From the human T2T-CHM13v2.0 reference genome, Homo sapiens, in the NCBI RefSeq assembly GCF_009914755.1, contig NC_060947.1: a stretch of 64,000 nucleotides of DNA; one strand, written 5' to 3'. Positions 31,024 through 43,311 of the stretch are shown one piece after another (positions within the stretch are counted from its first letter, which is position 1; each line of letters opens with the position of its first letter). The translations under genes and the position numbers were made by a program. The notes under the pieces were generated by a model, which saw only the letters and a program-made list of their open reading frames with translations, had not been told where the DNA came from and did not search any database.

Positions 31024-33673
31024 CCTGTGGTTATCCTGATGACATCCCTCAGCCAGGTAATTTGACTTTATTTCAGAGTCCTTGAAATGAAAGACCTAAA
31101 TATTTTTTATTCTAGATGATTCTGATAACCTGCTAAATAGAATGAGGACCAACTGACTTTGGACACAGTCTCCCCTAAACTTGAGGAAATAGTCCCTGAA
31201 AGCTTTATTCCATAGTACTAATCAAACATCTTCTAGCTGGTATCTTCTATTTTCAATCAAGACTCAATATTTGTGTTGCTGCTGATGACGAACTGTAGAG
31301 AAAAGCATTTGGATACCAAGTTGGCTTAAGTCAGTGATAAATGTGAGGCTTAACCCAAAAGTACATTTTGGTTAACCCAAACTTGAAAGAGGATGATGTA
31401 TTATAAAGAACACTGAGTTGATAGTTAAGAAACCTAGCTCCTTCTCCAAGCTGTGCTACTTGCTGTGGCTTTTGAGCAAGACAAGTTCTCTCACTGAACC
31501 TCAGTTTTCTCATCTATAAAATGGGAGACTTGAACTAAGTGATATTCAAAGTCTGCTCAAGCTCTAAAGTCCTATGACAACTTACATGTGCTAGAATTAA
31601 TTTACTCTTTGACACCATTGATTGTAAGAGGCAGCCTTACTTTACATACCACAAAGGAAGAAACAAATGTTGTCAATTATAATTTTTTAAGATGTTGCTC
31701 TGGATATTCTACATCTGTTCCTGCATATTTTCTCTTTGCTCTTTTCACACTGTTTTATGCCCTAAGAGGTGAACCTTAATGATTTGCTTCAATGTGACTC
31801 TCTTACCTTCTGGATTTTGGTTGGGTTTGGACAAAGAAAGCCAGCAGTAGGAGATTGAATGGTGTGAGGAAAGTGAGACTGGTATAGTTACAAGCCTGGC
31901 TCCCTCCTGCTGGGTCACCAAGTGATAGTGGCTACCTCTATTCAGGGCTATAGTTCTTTTTAGGTTACCTTCTCCTGCAGCTAGAGCCACAGAGCCACTC
32001 CTGCCCTCCAATCTTTCAGGCCTACTAGTGGTAAAGGCTCCTAGCTGTTGCTAGTATCACCATCCCTTGTTGTTTTCCCTTGACCCTGACTGCACCTTTA
32101 TAAATAATCCCTCTACTAATCTTTCCTCAGTGTTGCAGCCACAGTTTCAGTGTTCCATCTGTTTCCTGCTGAGACCCTAATTGATACAGTAATTGATATT
32201 AGGCTTGTTCTTTAGGAAGCAGCCTCTCAAAATAGAATTCCAAGATTGTATTGCTCACATATTTGAGAAGCATTCCCAGCACTTGGCACATTAATATGTG
32301 CATAGTACATGTTAACGTCTTTGAATAAAAAACAAACCAAAAAAATGTCTTCCAATCGTAGTGCCTCTGTTCACTGGAAGAAATATAAGGTAGCCAAAAA
32401 TCAAGACAGTTTTTCTTATCACTTTTATTTCTAAGATATTATTTAGTCTAGGCTCAGAGTCTATAACTCACCAATCCTTTAGCAAAACTGCTAATCAGAA
32501 TTGCGTGGGCTCTCGACTAGTAATGACTGAGACTACTCAGTCTGGAATAAAAGCTACTGTGCCTTTGAAAAACTCCATTGCATTTTCTTTCCTAATTTCT
32601 AATTTACTAATTGGTCTCTATAGAGACAAAGGAACAAGTGTCTCACCTCTGGCCCTCCTCTAGGGAAATGCTACTCAAGGTGCTGGCCCATGATAAGATA
32701 GGGAGCTTGCATCAGAATGTAAATCAGTGTGTGGCTTCCTTCATGGAAAGTTTTGCAATCAAAAACATCAGCTGAACTAAATAACAAATTTATTGACACT
32801 GTTGATTTCCAGTCTTGGGCAAACTCCTTATCTCCTTGTAAACCAGTAATAAATGGTGCAGGGACCAGCAACTAGTACAAGGACCACATTCTGAGGAGCA
32901 TTGCTCTAGAGGGTCTTGGAACTCAGTCCCTTCACAAAGTTCATATATTTGTGCTATATTGCTGCCACTTGTTGAGAAATAAAAGTATTTCTTCTCTTTC
33001 TGGTTTTTCAAGAGAGAGAGAAGTAACTCCTCTTTTGAAGCCTGGAAGTTCATGCTTAGTCTCAGAAGGCATCAGAAATCCACTTATCCTGCCCAAGAGT
33101 CAAACGTAATTTCATGAAACTAAGCGACACATTGGAAGGTACTCAAGAGAGAAAGATTCAGATTTGATCTGTGACCAAACAATGGCATTTCAGTTCCATT
33201 TGAAGTCAATTTGTTAGTCTCACAGCACTGCTGCCTAAGCACAGCACCATCCTTCACAGAAACTTGTTCTGATGTAGAGAGAGACAATACAACATTTCAA
33301 ACACGATGCAGAGAAATTAAATTTTCTTCAAGCTCCAATGCAGCCATAGAGCAAACAGAAAAACAAATCCTTAAGCTGTTGAGCATCTTCAGAAATGACA
33401 CCATAGTAACAGAAATGCATCTGTACCCTGCACATTCATTAGTAAAATTGATTCTGATGAACAAAGCTAGGTGCTTTGCAACATTCCTGTGGCTTTGTCC
33501 TAAGGAGAAACAAGTGCCATATTTTAAATGAGTTAAACATAAGTTTAACTTTGTAATGCAAACACTAAAAACCTTGGCCAAAGGCAGAGAAGCAATAACA
33601 AGTGTTTCTCCAAAGGGGGAGGTGTATTCCCATCATTGGTTATAACTGCCATCTTTCTCACCTCGACCAAAAC

Positions 33674-33860
33674 GGTGGTTCTCACCCTTGGCTTCACATG
33701 AGAATCCCCTTGGAAGCTTTTAAAATCCCTCAAGTCCTGTCTGCACCTAGACCAGTTATATCGTAATCTCTGGGTGTGGCACCAAATCATCAGTATTTTT
33801 TAAAGCTCCCCGAGTAATTTGAATGCATATCCAAGGTTAAGGCATAAAGTGTATTGAGAG
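33674..33860. mobile_element. MER5-type hAT MITE; further copies near 26100, 30640, 43630, 46030, 49920
   Basis: gtggttctca...gaatc...ttttaaagctccccgagtaatt... Confidence 0.7.
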
Positions 33861-34093
33861 GGCTGGTAGGCCAAGGTTGTCGTGCTTGCAGTCTTGCTGA
33901 CAAAGACATCCCCCTTACTGCAGCAACCCTTAGGACACAGCTATACAAGAAGCCCTCAGTGTCCCTTCTTCAGTTACTGTAAGTCCCAGCTTTAAAGCTG
34001 TTAACAAGCAAGTAAAGCTGAGAGGAGATGAAATATTTGTGACTTCTTGTGAAGATTAAATGAGATCATTTGAACGCAGTGTTACAGTTTAGA

Positions 34094-34255
34094 TTTTTTT
34101 AAATTTAATTTTAAGCTCTTGGATACATGTGCAGCATGTGCAGGTTTGTTACATAGGTAAACGTGTGCCATGATGGTTTGCTGCACCTATCAACCCGTCA
34201 CCTAGGTATTAAGCCCCGCATGCATTAGCTATTATCCTGATGCTCTCCCTCCCTC
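34094..34255 (-). mobile_element. Short L1PA 3' end with 10-bp TSD
   Basis: acagtttaga at 34084 and 34256; atacatgtgcagcatgtgcaggtttgttacatagg. Confidence 0.88.
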
Positions 34256-34569
34256 ACAGTTTAGAGTCTTGATGAACCAAAAGGGTCTGCTCATCCCTGC
34301 TCTTCATTTCTGATTAATTTAGCTAAGGATACAGAACCTACCAAAAGAAAGATAGCTGCAAAGAACAGGAGCAGATGCAGCACATGTGGAGAAATGTTCC
34401 CTTAAGTGTGGGGTCTCTACAAGGCACACAGCTATTAGGAACAGTCCCCACAAGACCTACCAGAGTTAAGAAAGATGCCAAATTTTGGGTTTTTTCCACT
34501 CCTTTCTATTCCAGATTCCATCACAATTCCAGAATTATATTAACAAACGGGGCTTTTCAGTTTAAGGCA

Positions 34570-35427
34570 GTACAATGTTTGGTCTTTGGACTCCTGGGTG
34601 TCCTAAAACTTCTTCAAGGGGTTAGCAAGGACAAAACTATCTTCCTTACTTGCTCTTTTCACTGTGCAAAACTGTAGCACTATGGCAGGAATCAAGGCAG
34701 TGCATATTTTTATCTTCATGCTTTCATAGTAAGAAAAGTAAAATACCAGTTTTATTTAAGAATATCCCTGATGAAGCAGTAAAAAATAGTCTTATTAAAT
34801 CTTGACCCTAAATACATATGTTTTAAATATTTTCTGTGCATACCAAAGTATGATGCATTTTCAGCATTCTTTTTATTTTAAAGAACAAATAACGGGTTAT
34901 TCAAGCTTGAGAATTTGGCAGACATTTTTTCAAAAACGAACAAAGTGAGCCTGTCACTTCAGGGAAAACAATTGGCAGTACTTGTTGCCAATGATAACAT
35001 TAAAGCTTTGAAGCAAAAATTAGAATTTTTGAAAACTTGTATCTACCATTGTGACTGTGACAGCTTCCTAATACTTATACACTTTTCTGATAAGATTGGT
35101 GATGACATTAACTAATGTGATATTCTAATATTGTGTAACAAAATTTATCAATCTTTGGAAGAGCTACTTGATTCAGTGAACCAGTGTTTTCTAAATGATG
35201 GATGCATGAGTTACAAAATTGTGCATAGATAAAAGATACATTCAAAGCACAAGATAGACCAGTGGATTTTAATGCAACAGAGTACAAAGAGTTTTCATAT
35301 CACCATTAATCTTTAAGGAACTACCACTTGTTGACTTTTGGTGAAGTGTCAAAAAAATATTCACAGTTATCTAAATAGGCTATTAAAATACTCCTCCCTT
35401 TTCCAAATACATATATGTGCGTGTGTG

Positions 35428-35460
<33 letters not shown>

Positions 35461-35813
35461 ATCTGTGAAGCCAGATTTTCTTCTTATATTTCAATCAAAA
35501 TAACATATTGCAAGAGACTGAATAGGAAAGCATATATGAGAAACTAGCTATCTTCTATTATGCCAGACTTGAAGAGACTTGCAAAAATGTAAAATAATGC
35601 TGCTCATCTTACTTTTTGGTTTTGCAAAACATACTTAGATTTTCTCAAAAATATGTTATCTACATCATCATGCAATAAATTTATTTTTTGAAATGCATCG
35701 AAATATAATTTTTAAAATTTCTCTGTTTTGATTTCTAACCTGGTAAATATTGAGAGATGTAACTCACACAAAGAAAAGTACTTTGGAATCCTTCAAAGGT
35801 TTGAGAACTGCTG
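34570..35813 (+). mobile_element. Charlie1-type hAT DNA transposon with degraded transposase
   Basis: Track ORF 34915..35115 (LADIFSKTNKVSLSLQGK...LKQKLEF) resembles Charlie/Buster transposase; end aaaggtttgagaactgctg. Confidence 0.8.
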
Positions 35814-36817
35814 GTTTAAGGAAATTTTTATAGACCTAGGCTGTTCACATTTTTGTTTTTGCAGACAGTTAAATTACTAATTCACCCAGCTTGGTGTTGT
35901 GGAAGCTTGATTTTAGGCTTTGTTAAGGAGGTCTACTTTGATTTAACTGAATCCTGAATCTTGTTCTTTACTTTTGAAGAGTAGTCCTGAATTTTCAGTG
36001 GAAGCTCAACCTGTTCACTGAGCTCCTTTAACTTGAAAGGATTTGACCTCCAAACTATCTCTCCAGCACAGATCAGCTGCTGAGATCACTGCTCAGCTCA
36101 GGTCTTTCCCTTCAGCTATTTTGTTTTCCTCCTGGACTTCTCGTAGCCTCACTCTGTGCATGCACAGCTCAGGGGTCAGTTAAAGATTTAAGGGCAATTT
36201 ATATGCACATTTGGGTTCCCCCTCCCAAATCCCACCCACTGGCTTTCTCCTTTCACATATCTCCTCCATTTCCACACTCTCTGGTCATCCTGCCGTCATC
36301 CTCTGAATCCTCAGCCCAGTAAGAGTACAGCCTTCTGCTTGAGTTCCACATCCAGTACACTAGCAAATGGAAAAGTCCTCAAGGGAAAAGCCAACCAAAT
36401 GTGCATGTTACCCAATGTGCTTACATTCTTTCAAGGTCATAGTTATTTCAGACTCTGCCTGCTTTTGGTTGAGTGCCAATGAGTTCCAGTAACTTCTCTT
36501 TCTTTATTTTGTCCAAAGTTATAATTGTTATCAGCAGGGAGGTTAGTATGATATGGGGTAGTCTGCCATTAAATGAAATTTAATTCCTGTGTCTTCCCAT
36601 TTTGAACTAAGATTAGCAAGGCCAAGTTCTCATCTGTGGGGTGACAGCAGAGCCATACCAGACCCTTGAACAATATATCCTCCTTCATCTGTGCAGTGTT
36701 CTATAAAATCTATTTCCCCACAATCCACTCAGCAAGTCTGGTTTAATATCCTCTTGCCGGGGTGGTTCTGATGTTGGGCCAAAGGCCATCATAACATATC
36801 CAATTGTCTCACAATCT

Positions 36818-37117
36818 TTTTTTTTTTTTTTTTAGACAGGGTCTCATTCTGTCACCCAAGCTGGAATGCAGTGTCGTGGTCACAGCTCATTGCAGCCTCA
36901 GCCTCCCAGGCTCGAGTGATCCTCTCACCTCAGCCTTCCAAGTATCTGGGACCACAGGTGTATGCCTCCACACCCAGATAATTTGTAAACATTTTTTATA
37001 GAGACAGAGTCCTGCTATGTTGGCCCAGGCTGGTCTTGATTTCCTGGGCTCAAGCAATCCTCTCACCTTGACCTCCGAAAGTGCTGTGATTACAGGTGTG
37101 AGCCACCACACCTGGCC
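36818..37117 (-). mobile_element. AluJ with 16-bp TSD
   Basis: aattgtctcacaatct (36802) / aattgtcttacaatct (37118). Confidence 0.9.
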
Positions 37118-37384
37118 AATTGTCTTACAATCTAATAAAATCAGTGTGTTGAAGACATATCTGCACTCCCATGTTTATTGTGGCATTATTCACAATAGCC
37201 AAGATAAGGAATCAAACTAAGAGTCCATCAAAAGATGAAAGAATATTTTTAAAAATATTACCTCGGTTACCTCTGAAAATATTCTTGCCTTTTGACAACA
37301 GCAGCAGGCTCTTTTTGAATTTCCCTGCCCACACGTAGAGCCAAATACTCTCTAGGAAGTCCTGTCTCCTTGTGGAGTTGATGA

Positions 37385-37528
37385 TGATTCCTGTGTAACC
37401 TGTGCTAGATACCTCAAGGCAGGAAGAACCAGGCCCAGCCTCCACCATAAGGTCAGTTCTGGTCATGGTAGGGGGCTGGACCTGACTCTTCCTGTCTCGG
37501 TTGTCTAAGATAGGTTACACAGGAATCA
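37385..37528. repeat. ~144-bp imperfect inverted repeat
   Basis: Outer 17 bp perfect (tgattcctgtgtaacct / aggttacacaggaatca); ~66-bp arms about 80% identical by manual alignment. Confidence 0.9.
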
Positions 37529-37741
37529 CAAGGAATGTCAGTTCTGGCACTAAAACATTGTCCTCTGAAAATGGAAACCTCAAAGCCTATCAAGTTCATC
37601 CATGTCTCTGATGTCTATAATCCTCCAGTTACAGGCATGAGCTGTCTCCCTCACTGGTCTTGTTGTTGTCTCATTCTCATACTGCTCTGAGTGTCCCCTT
37701 GCCCAACTCTCTTCCAGACTTTGATGCCTCTGGACTATTGC

Positions 37742-37744
<3 letters not shown>

Positions 37745-37788
<44 letters not shown>
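37745..37788. repeat. (AC)22 microsatellite
   Basis: Pure dinucleotide run, counted. Confidence 0.97.
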
Positions 37789-37790
<2 letters not shown>

Positions 37791-37810
37791 TTCATAGTAA
37801 AGTGACCTTT

Positions 37811-38255
37811 TGCCTTAGTCCACTTGTGTTGCTATAAAGGAATAGCTGAGGCTGGGTAATTTATAAAGAAAAGAGGTTTACGTTTACTTGGTTCATGGTT
37901 CTGCAGGCTGTACAAGAAGCATAGAGCCAGCATCTGCTTCTGATGAGGGCCTCATACTGCTTCCACTTGTGGAGGAAGGTGAAGGGGACCTGGTATGTAC
38001 AGAGAACACATGGCAAGACAGGAAACAAGGGAGAGGGGAGTGCAGTTGGAGGCTCTTTTTGATGACCAGTTCTCAGGAGAATTCTCACAGGAACTAACAG
38101 AGGAACAACTCACTCCTTACTGCCAGGATGGCACCAAGCCATTCAGGAGGGATGTGTCCCTATGACCCAAACATCTCGCATTAGACCCCACTTTCAACAC
38201 TGGGAATCAAATTTCAACATGAGACTTAGAGGAGTCATATATCCAAACCATAGCA
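37811..38255. mobile_element. MST (MaLR) LTR
   Basis: ttagtccacttgtgttgctataaaggaata...catggttctgcaggctgtacaagaagcat...ccaaaccatagca. Confidence 0.85.
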
Positions 38256-38746
38256 CCTTCCTATAGCTTTAGTATCTTTTCAAAATATTCTTGAGTAAAT
38301 TCTTGTTTTCCTCTTTGTCGCTTTTCTTACAGCAGGTTGCTCTTTCATACTTTAATATCACTTGGTTGAGAGGTAATGTCAACATCTGCTCAATTCCCCA
38401 CAGCTCCTTCTTAATTGATCATTCTTTCCTAATCTGAGCAAAAGACCTTCTCTGAGAATCCTGCCATCTACCATATCACTTTCCATCATGCTCTCCTTAC
38501 AGTCACCTATCTATACACAGTTATCTCCTCCACTCTATATATCCTTGGAATTTGACTCTCACTCATCTCCTTTGCCTTAACTCCTGCCAGTATCCACATC
38601 ACCCATTTGGATAATTTATTCAACTTCCTAACATCACAATTTCAATGATATTTTCTTCATCTCTTCCAAATCTCTCATATCTTTATACTGATTATATTCA
38701 CTCTTAAACCACATTAGGATCATTAGCCTTTCCCTATATTCTTTGA

Positions 38747-38926
<180 letters not shown>

Positions 38927-39490
38927 TAATCACACAATCCATTTTCTCAATACTACAACCAACTCCCTCCCCTTGTCCTGCCACCATACCTTTGTCACAA
39001 CCATCTACCCCCAGATTAGTCTTTCAGTATGCCTTCTCTCTTCCTCAACCTGTGTGACTAAGCATTGCTGAAGAAAAATGGTCAATTGTACTGAATGATT
39101 TTATCATGGCTTATAAGATATGTCTTCAAGAGATGCTTGATATCACTGTTAACTGTGGAATTGCAAGGAAGAGAAGTCCAAGAAATCCAGTGTTTCAAGA
39201 CTACGCTTTTAATTTTACTGTCTGTATCATTAAGGACTTAATTACAGAGAATAGAGTCAACGCAAGCTAGTTCAAAGAGAAAGGATATTGTTCTTATCTA
39301 GAGTGGAAGGTTAAAAAAATAGACTTTATGCTGACCTTCCATAAAAAAGTCCCTAAACCACCTGGGACTGCCAAGGGAACTGCTAAGAAGTTGTAAAATT
39401 GGGAATTTTCCTACCAATTTGGGAAGCCACAATTATATTTGTTTATTCTAGAACTACTCCATGTTTTCTACCATAAAGAAGCCATGTCCC

Positions 39491-40192
39491 TCATTATTAA
39501 AACGTCAAAAAAATAAAAGATGTTGGCGAGGATGTGGAGAGAAGGGAATCCTTATACATTGTTGGTGGAATTGTAAATTAATCCAACCTGTATGGAAAAC
39601 AATATAGAGATTTCTCAAAGAACTAAAAATAGAACTACCATTTGATCCAGCAATCCCACCCCTGTGTATATACCCAAAGGAAAAGAAATCATTATACAAA
39701 AAGACACTTGCACTTGTATGTTTACAGCTGCACTATTCACAAGAGCAAAGCTATGGAATCAATCTAAGTGTGCATCAAGAGATGATTGGATAGAGAAAAT
39801 GTGATACACACACACACACACACACACACACAATGGAATACTACTCAGCCATAACAAAAAGAATGAAATCATGTCCTTTGCAACAACATGGATGGAACTG
39901 GAGGCCATTAAGTAAACTAACTCAGAAACTGAAAGTCAAATACTATATGTTCTCACTTATAAGTGGAAGCTAAATAATGTGTACACATGGACATAGAGTG
40001 TGGAGTAATAATAGAGTTTCAGAAGGGTAAGGGTGGGTGGGGATGAGAAATGAGAAATTACTTAATGGGTATAATGTGTACACTATTTGGGTGATAATGA
40101 TACCAAAAGCCTAGACTTCACCACTATGCAACATATCCATGTCACAAAATTGCACTTGTACCCTCTAAATTTATGCCAATAAATAAATAAAT
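39491..40192 (+). mobile_element. 5'-truncated L1MA (ORF2 end and 3' UTR) with TSD
   Basis: gatgttggcgaggatgtggagagaaggg...; TSD gccatgtccc at 39481 and 40194. Confidence 0.88.
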
Positions 40193-40226
40193 TGCCATGT
40201 CCCCAGTTAAGAAGTTGTCAGCAGCT

Positions 40227-40763
40227 ATGGGAACTGGCAGAAGCTAGCCTTCAAAATAGGCCCCAGTGATCTTTACCTCTTAGTATCCATCCTATTGTGT
40301 TGTCCTCTTCCCCATTGAATAGGGCTGATCTGTTGGACCAACAGGATACTGTGGAAGTAACAGTGTGTGCCTTTTGAGACTATGTCATAAAAGATATTGC
40401 CTCTTCCACTTTGCCCTTTCTTGGATCACTTCTACCAGAGGAAGCCAACTACCATGTTATGAGAACATTCATGCAACACTCTGTGGAGAAATCCATGTGG
40501 AGACAAATAGAGATCTCTTCCAACCATCAGCACCAACTTGCCAGTCATGTGAGTGAGCCACTGTGGAAGCGGATTCTCCAGCCCCAGTCAATCCTTTGAC
40601 TGCAGTCCCAGCCAAGATATGACAGCAATCTCAAGAGAGACTCCAAGCCAGAATTGGCCAGCTAAGTTGCTCCCAAATCCCTGACCCACAGAAATTGTGA
40701 GAGATAATATGTTTGTTGTTTTAAGACACTGATTTTTGGGGTAATTTTTACTGCAGGAATAGT
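40227..40763. mobile_element. MLT1 LTR
   Basis: gccagtcatgtgagtgagcca...ctgacccacagaaattgtgagagataa...tgttttaagacact. Confidence 0.75.
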
Positions 40764-40994
40764 ATAGGTATCAACATCCTGAGCATTAATCCTTGCTTCA
40801 ATGTGCACTGCCTTTCCTCTCCTTCACTGCTCACTCCAATGATCTAAGCTCAAGAGTTGAGAGTTTGTAGAGGTAAATCTGCAGTTCTCTGTGAATGGAC
40901 TGGACTCTTCCACCTTCTAGTTCATCCTTCACTACTAGATTTCTAATAATGGTTTCTATTGGACTAACCTCCCACAGACAACAACTATATCTGG

Positions 40995-41081
40995 ATATAT
41001 ATACATATATATATATACATACACACATATATATATACATATATATATATACACACACACATATATATACACATATATATG

Positions 41082-41122
<41 letters not shown>
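40995..41122. repeat. Compound (TA)n/(CA)n/(TG)n microsatellite
   Basis: Alternating purine-pyrimidine tract of ~128 bp. Confidence 0.95.
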
Positions 41123-41123
<1 letters not shown>

Positions 41124-41604
41124 CTACAACCTGCATACATGTGTAGAAGTTCTGCAGTACCAAATTGTAAGCAAGCAGAATTAGGAACTGTTTTTTTTTT
41201 TTTGTTTGTTTGTTTTTATTAGGTCCAAAAGGTACATAGAAAAGTTCTGCAAGATTTCCAGTGGGAAACCGGTTCTCTAGAGAGAGGCTATTAATTAATC
41301 TTTAGAAATGTCCCCAAATTTTGATGCAGGGTATTTACTTTTAAAATACCATAGTGGATTCATTGATCTTCAAATAGTCTGTTGATCTTGTTGGGAAAAG
41401 TGCTTGCAATATTCCAAGTCATCAGGTAAATTGGTTTGAAGGAATCCAAGTAGTTCCTTAAATGTCAGCTCATCTTCAAGGTTTGAACCTTTCAGGGTAT
41501 GGGGCAAAGGGCACAGGCTGACTTGTCAAAGCAAGAGAGCTTTAACAAAGGTAGAGGCAGATATATGCTTGCTTAATTGTAACAAATGATCTCCTGAACT
41601 TTTC

Positions 41605-41770
41605 CTTTTTTCTTTTATTTCCATAAGTTTTTGGAGAACAGGTGGCTATTTGGTTACATGAGTAAGTTCTTTGGTGGTGATTTGTGAGATTTTGGTGCAC
41701 CCATCACCTGAGCAGTGTACACTGAACCCAATTTGTAGTCTTTTATCCTTCACCCTCTTCCCACCCCTAT
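41605..41770 (-). mobile_element. Short L1P 3' end with 10-bp TSD
   Basis: tgaacttttc at 41595 and 41771; ttggttacatgagtaagttctttggtggtgatttgtgagattttggtgcaccc. Confidence 0.85.
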
Positions 41771-42942
41771 TGAACTTTTCATGGTTTCCAGTTGGTCACT
41801 ATTTGACATTCCTCTATGAGCCATGCCATTGACCTTTCTGATACATCTGAAGAAGACAGAAGTCAAAAACTGGCTTCTAGTATGCTCTGTGAACAAAATC
41901 ATGTTTGTAAATAGAGTGTAAACCTATTGGCAGTTCAGCAATCGCCCTGCCTAATATTAAAAAAAAATGTTAAATCTGCTTTCTGTGTTAAATCTCTGTA
42001 TGTTAGAATTTATCTATTGTTTCTATAAGGTCCAAAAGGTGCACAGAAAAGTTCTGCAAGATTTTCAGTGGGAAACCAGTGGGAAACATCATTCACTTAG
42101 TCATTTTATTTAGGAATAGATTGTGAACCAAACTGATATTCTAAAAATGGAGGAAAAATTTCAAGATTTGCATGGGAGAATTGAGGAGTCTGGCTACTGG
42201 TTAAAAACCAATGTGTGATTTTTCAGGCCTGATCATAGGCGATGACGAAGACTTTACCTGGCAGGCTTCACTGGGAAAGCTGCCCTCCACACACCAGACT
42301 TGGTGCACAGCCAGCGTATGGCAGTCTCTGTGGGGTGTTGCAGTCAAAGACTCAGACCCCCTGGCCAATCATGCTCTTTCACATATTTACATTCCTAGCC
42401 CTGTGCCTTCATTTCTAGGCCCTTTATCTGAGGCCTTGGGCAAGAGGTCTTCAGGTTCCTCTGCTGAGATCTTATGGGGTAAGGAAAAGGGAAAAAATTT
42501 GAAGATACTTTCCTTCACTCTGCCTCAGTGCCCAGGACTTTTCCACTCCTACCCCACCACATGACTCCAGGGTCCGTAAAACTGCCAGAGCCTTTTGTTC
42601 GGGACTCCCTCAATATAAAGATGACCCCACGTCTGTGCTGCTCCACTTGAATCTTGACCAGCGTGCTGTCCCACAGGGGAAAATGGAAGAGTGAAGTTGA
42701 TGCTTCCTCTGGTTTTAGACTGTGACTGAAGGCTTAACTCTTTCATTTTCAGCTTGTGGCTTTAATTGGCTACTTGAACACCTGACAGCTCAGCTCTCTC
42801 CCAGCTCAGCAGAGCTCCTAAAAAGACTAATTAAATTTTTTCCATTCTTAAAACACCACTAAGAATCACAATCCTAAAACCACTGACCACACTGAACAAG
42901 TATGGCTGGTGCTTGACAAACAAAGTGAGTTCTACTAAATTT

Positions 42943-43311
42943 GCTCCAAAACATTTTGTTTTATTAATAAAAGTCTTACTTAAAAAACAAAATAGAAAAG
43001 AGTTAGGTGTCACATTGAATAACATGTTGATAGCCTGTGTATGGTTATGGGTTCTAATTTCTCTACAAAATCAACCAGCCATGATGGAGTAAAGAAAGTT
43101 AGAAAGAGTAAATATGGTCATATAATTTTTTGAAACACTTCCAAGTACAAAAAGCAGCATGCTAATTTTTAAGTGCAAAGAAAGCTCATAATAAAATAGA
43201 CTTTTAAAATTACAAATAAAATCTGTACATCAAGGATATTTTTAAGGCTTTCCCGTGTGCATGTCACTATGTAGACAATGAAGAGGAATTGCCAAGAGAG
43301 GAACCATCATG
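42943..43311 (-). other. SRPX: SRPX 3' UTR (~370 nt)
   Basis: AT-rich sequence between the TGA and the minus-strand AATAAA at 42960-42965; 3' end approximate. Confidence 0.7.
42960..42965 (-). terminator. SRPX: Polyadenylation signal AATAAA of SRPX
   Basis: tttatt on + strand, ~350 nt after the stop. Confidence 0.7.

Noticed and set aside
34915-35547. Transposase-like ORFs as a possible domesticated ZBED/Buster gene
   Set aside because: Short, broken by stops and a microsatellite; ordinary Charlie fossil
40831-41163. ORFs rich in YI/HT/CV repeats (also 12501, 35338, 37580)
   Set aside because: Microsatellite translations
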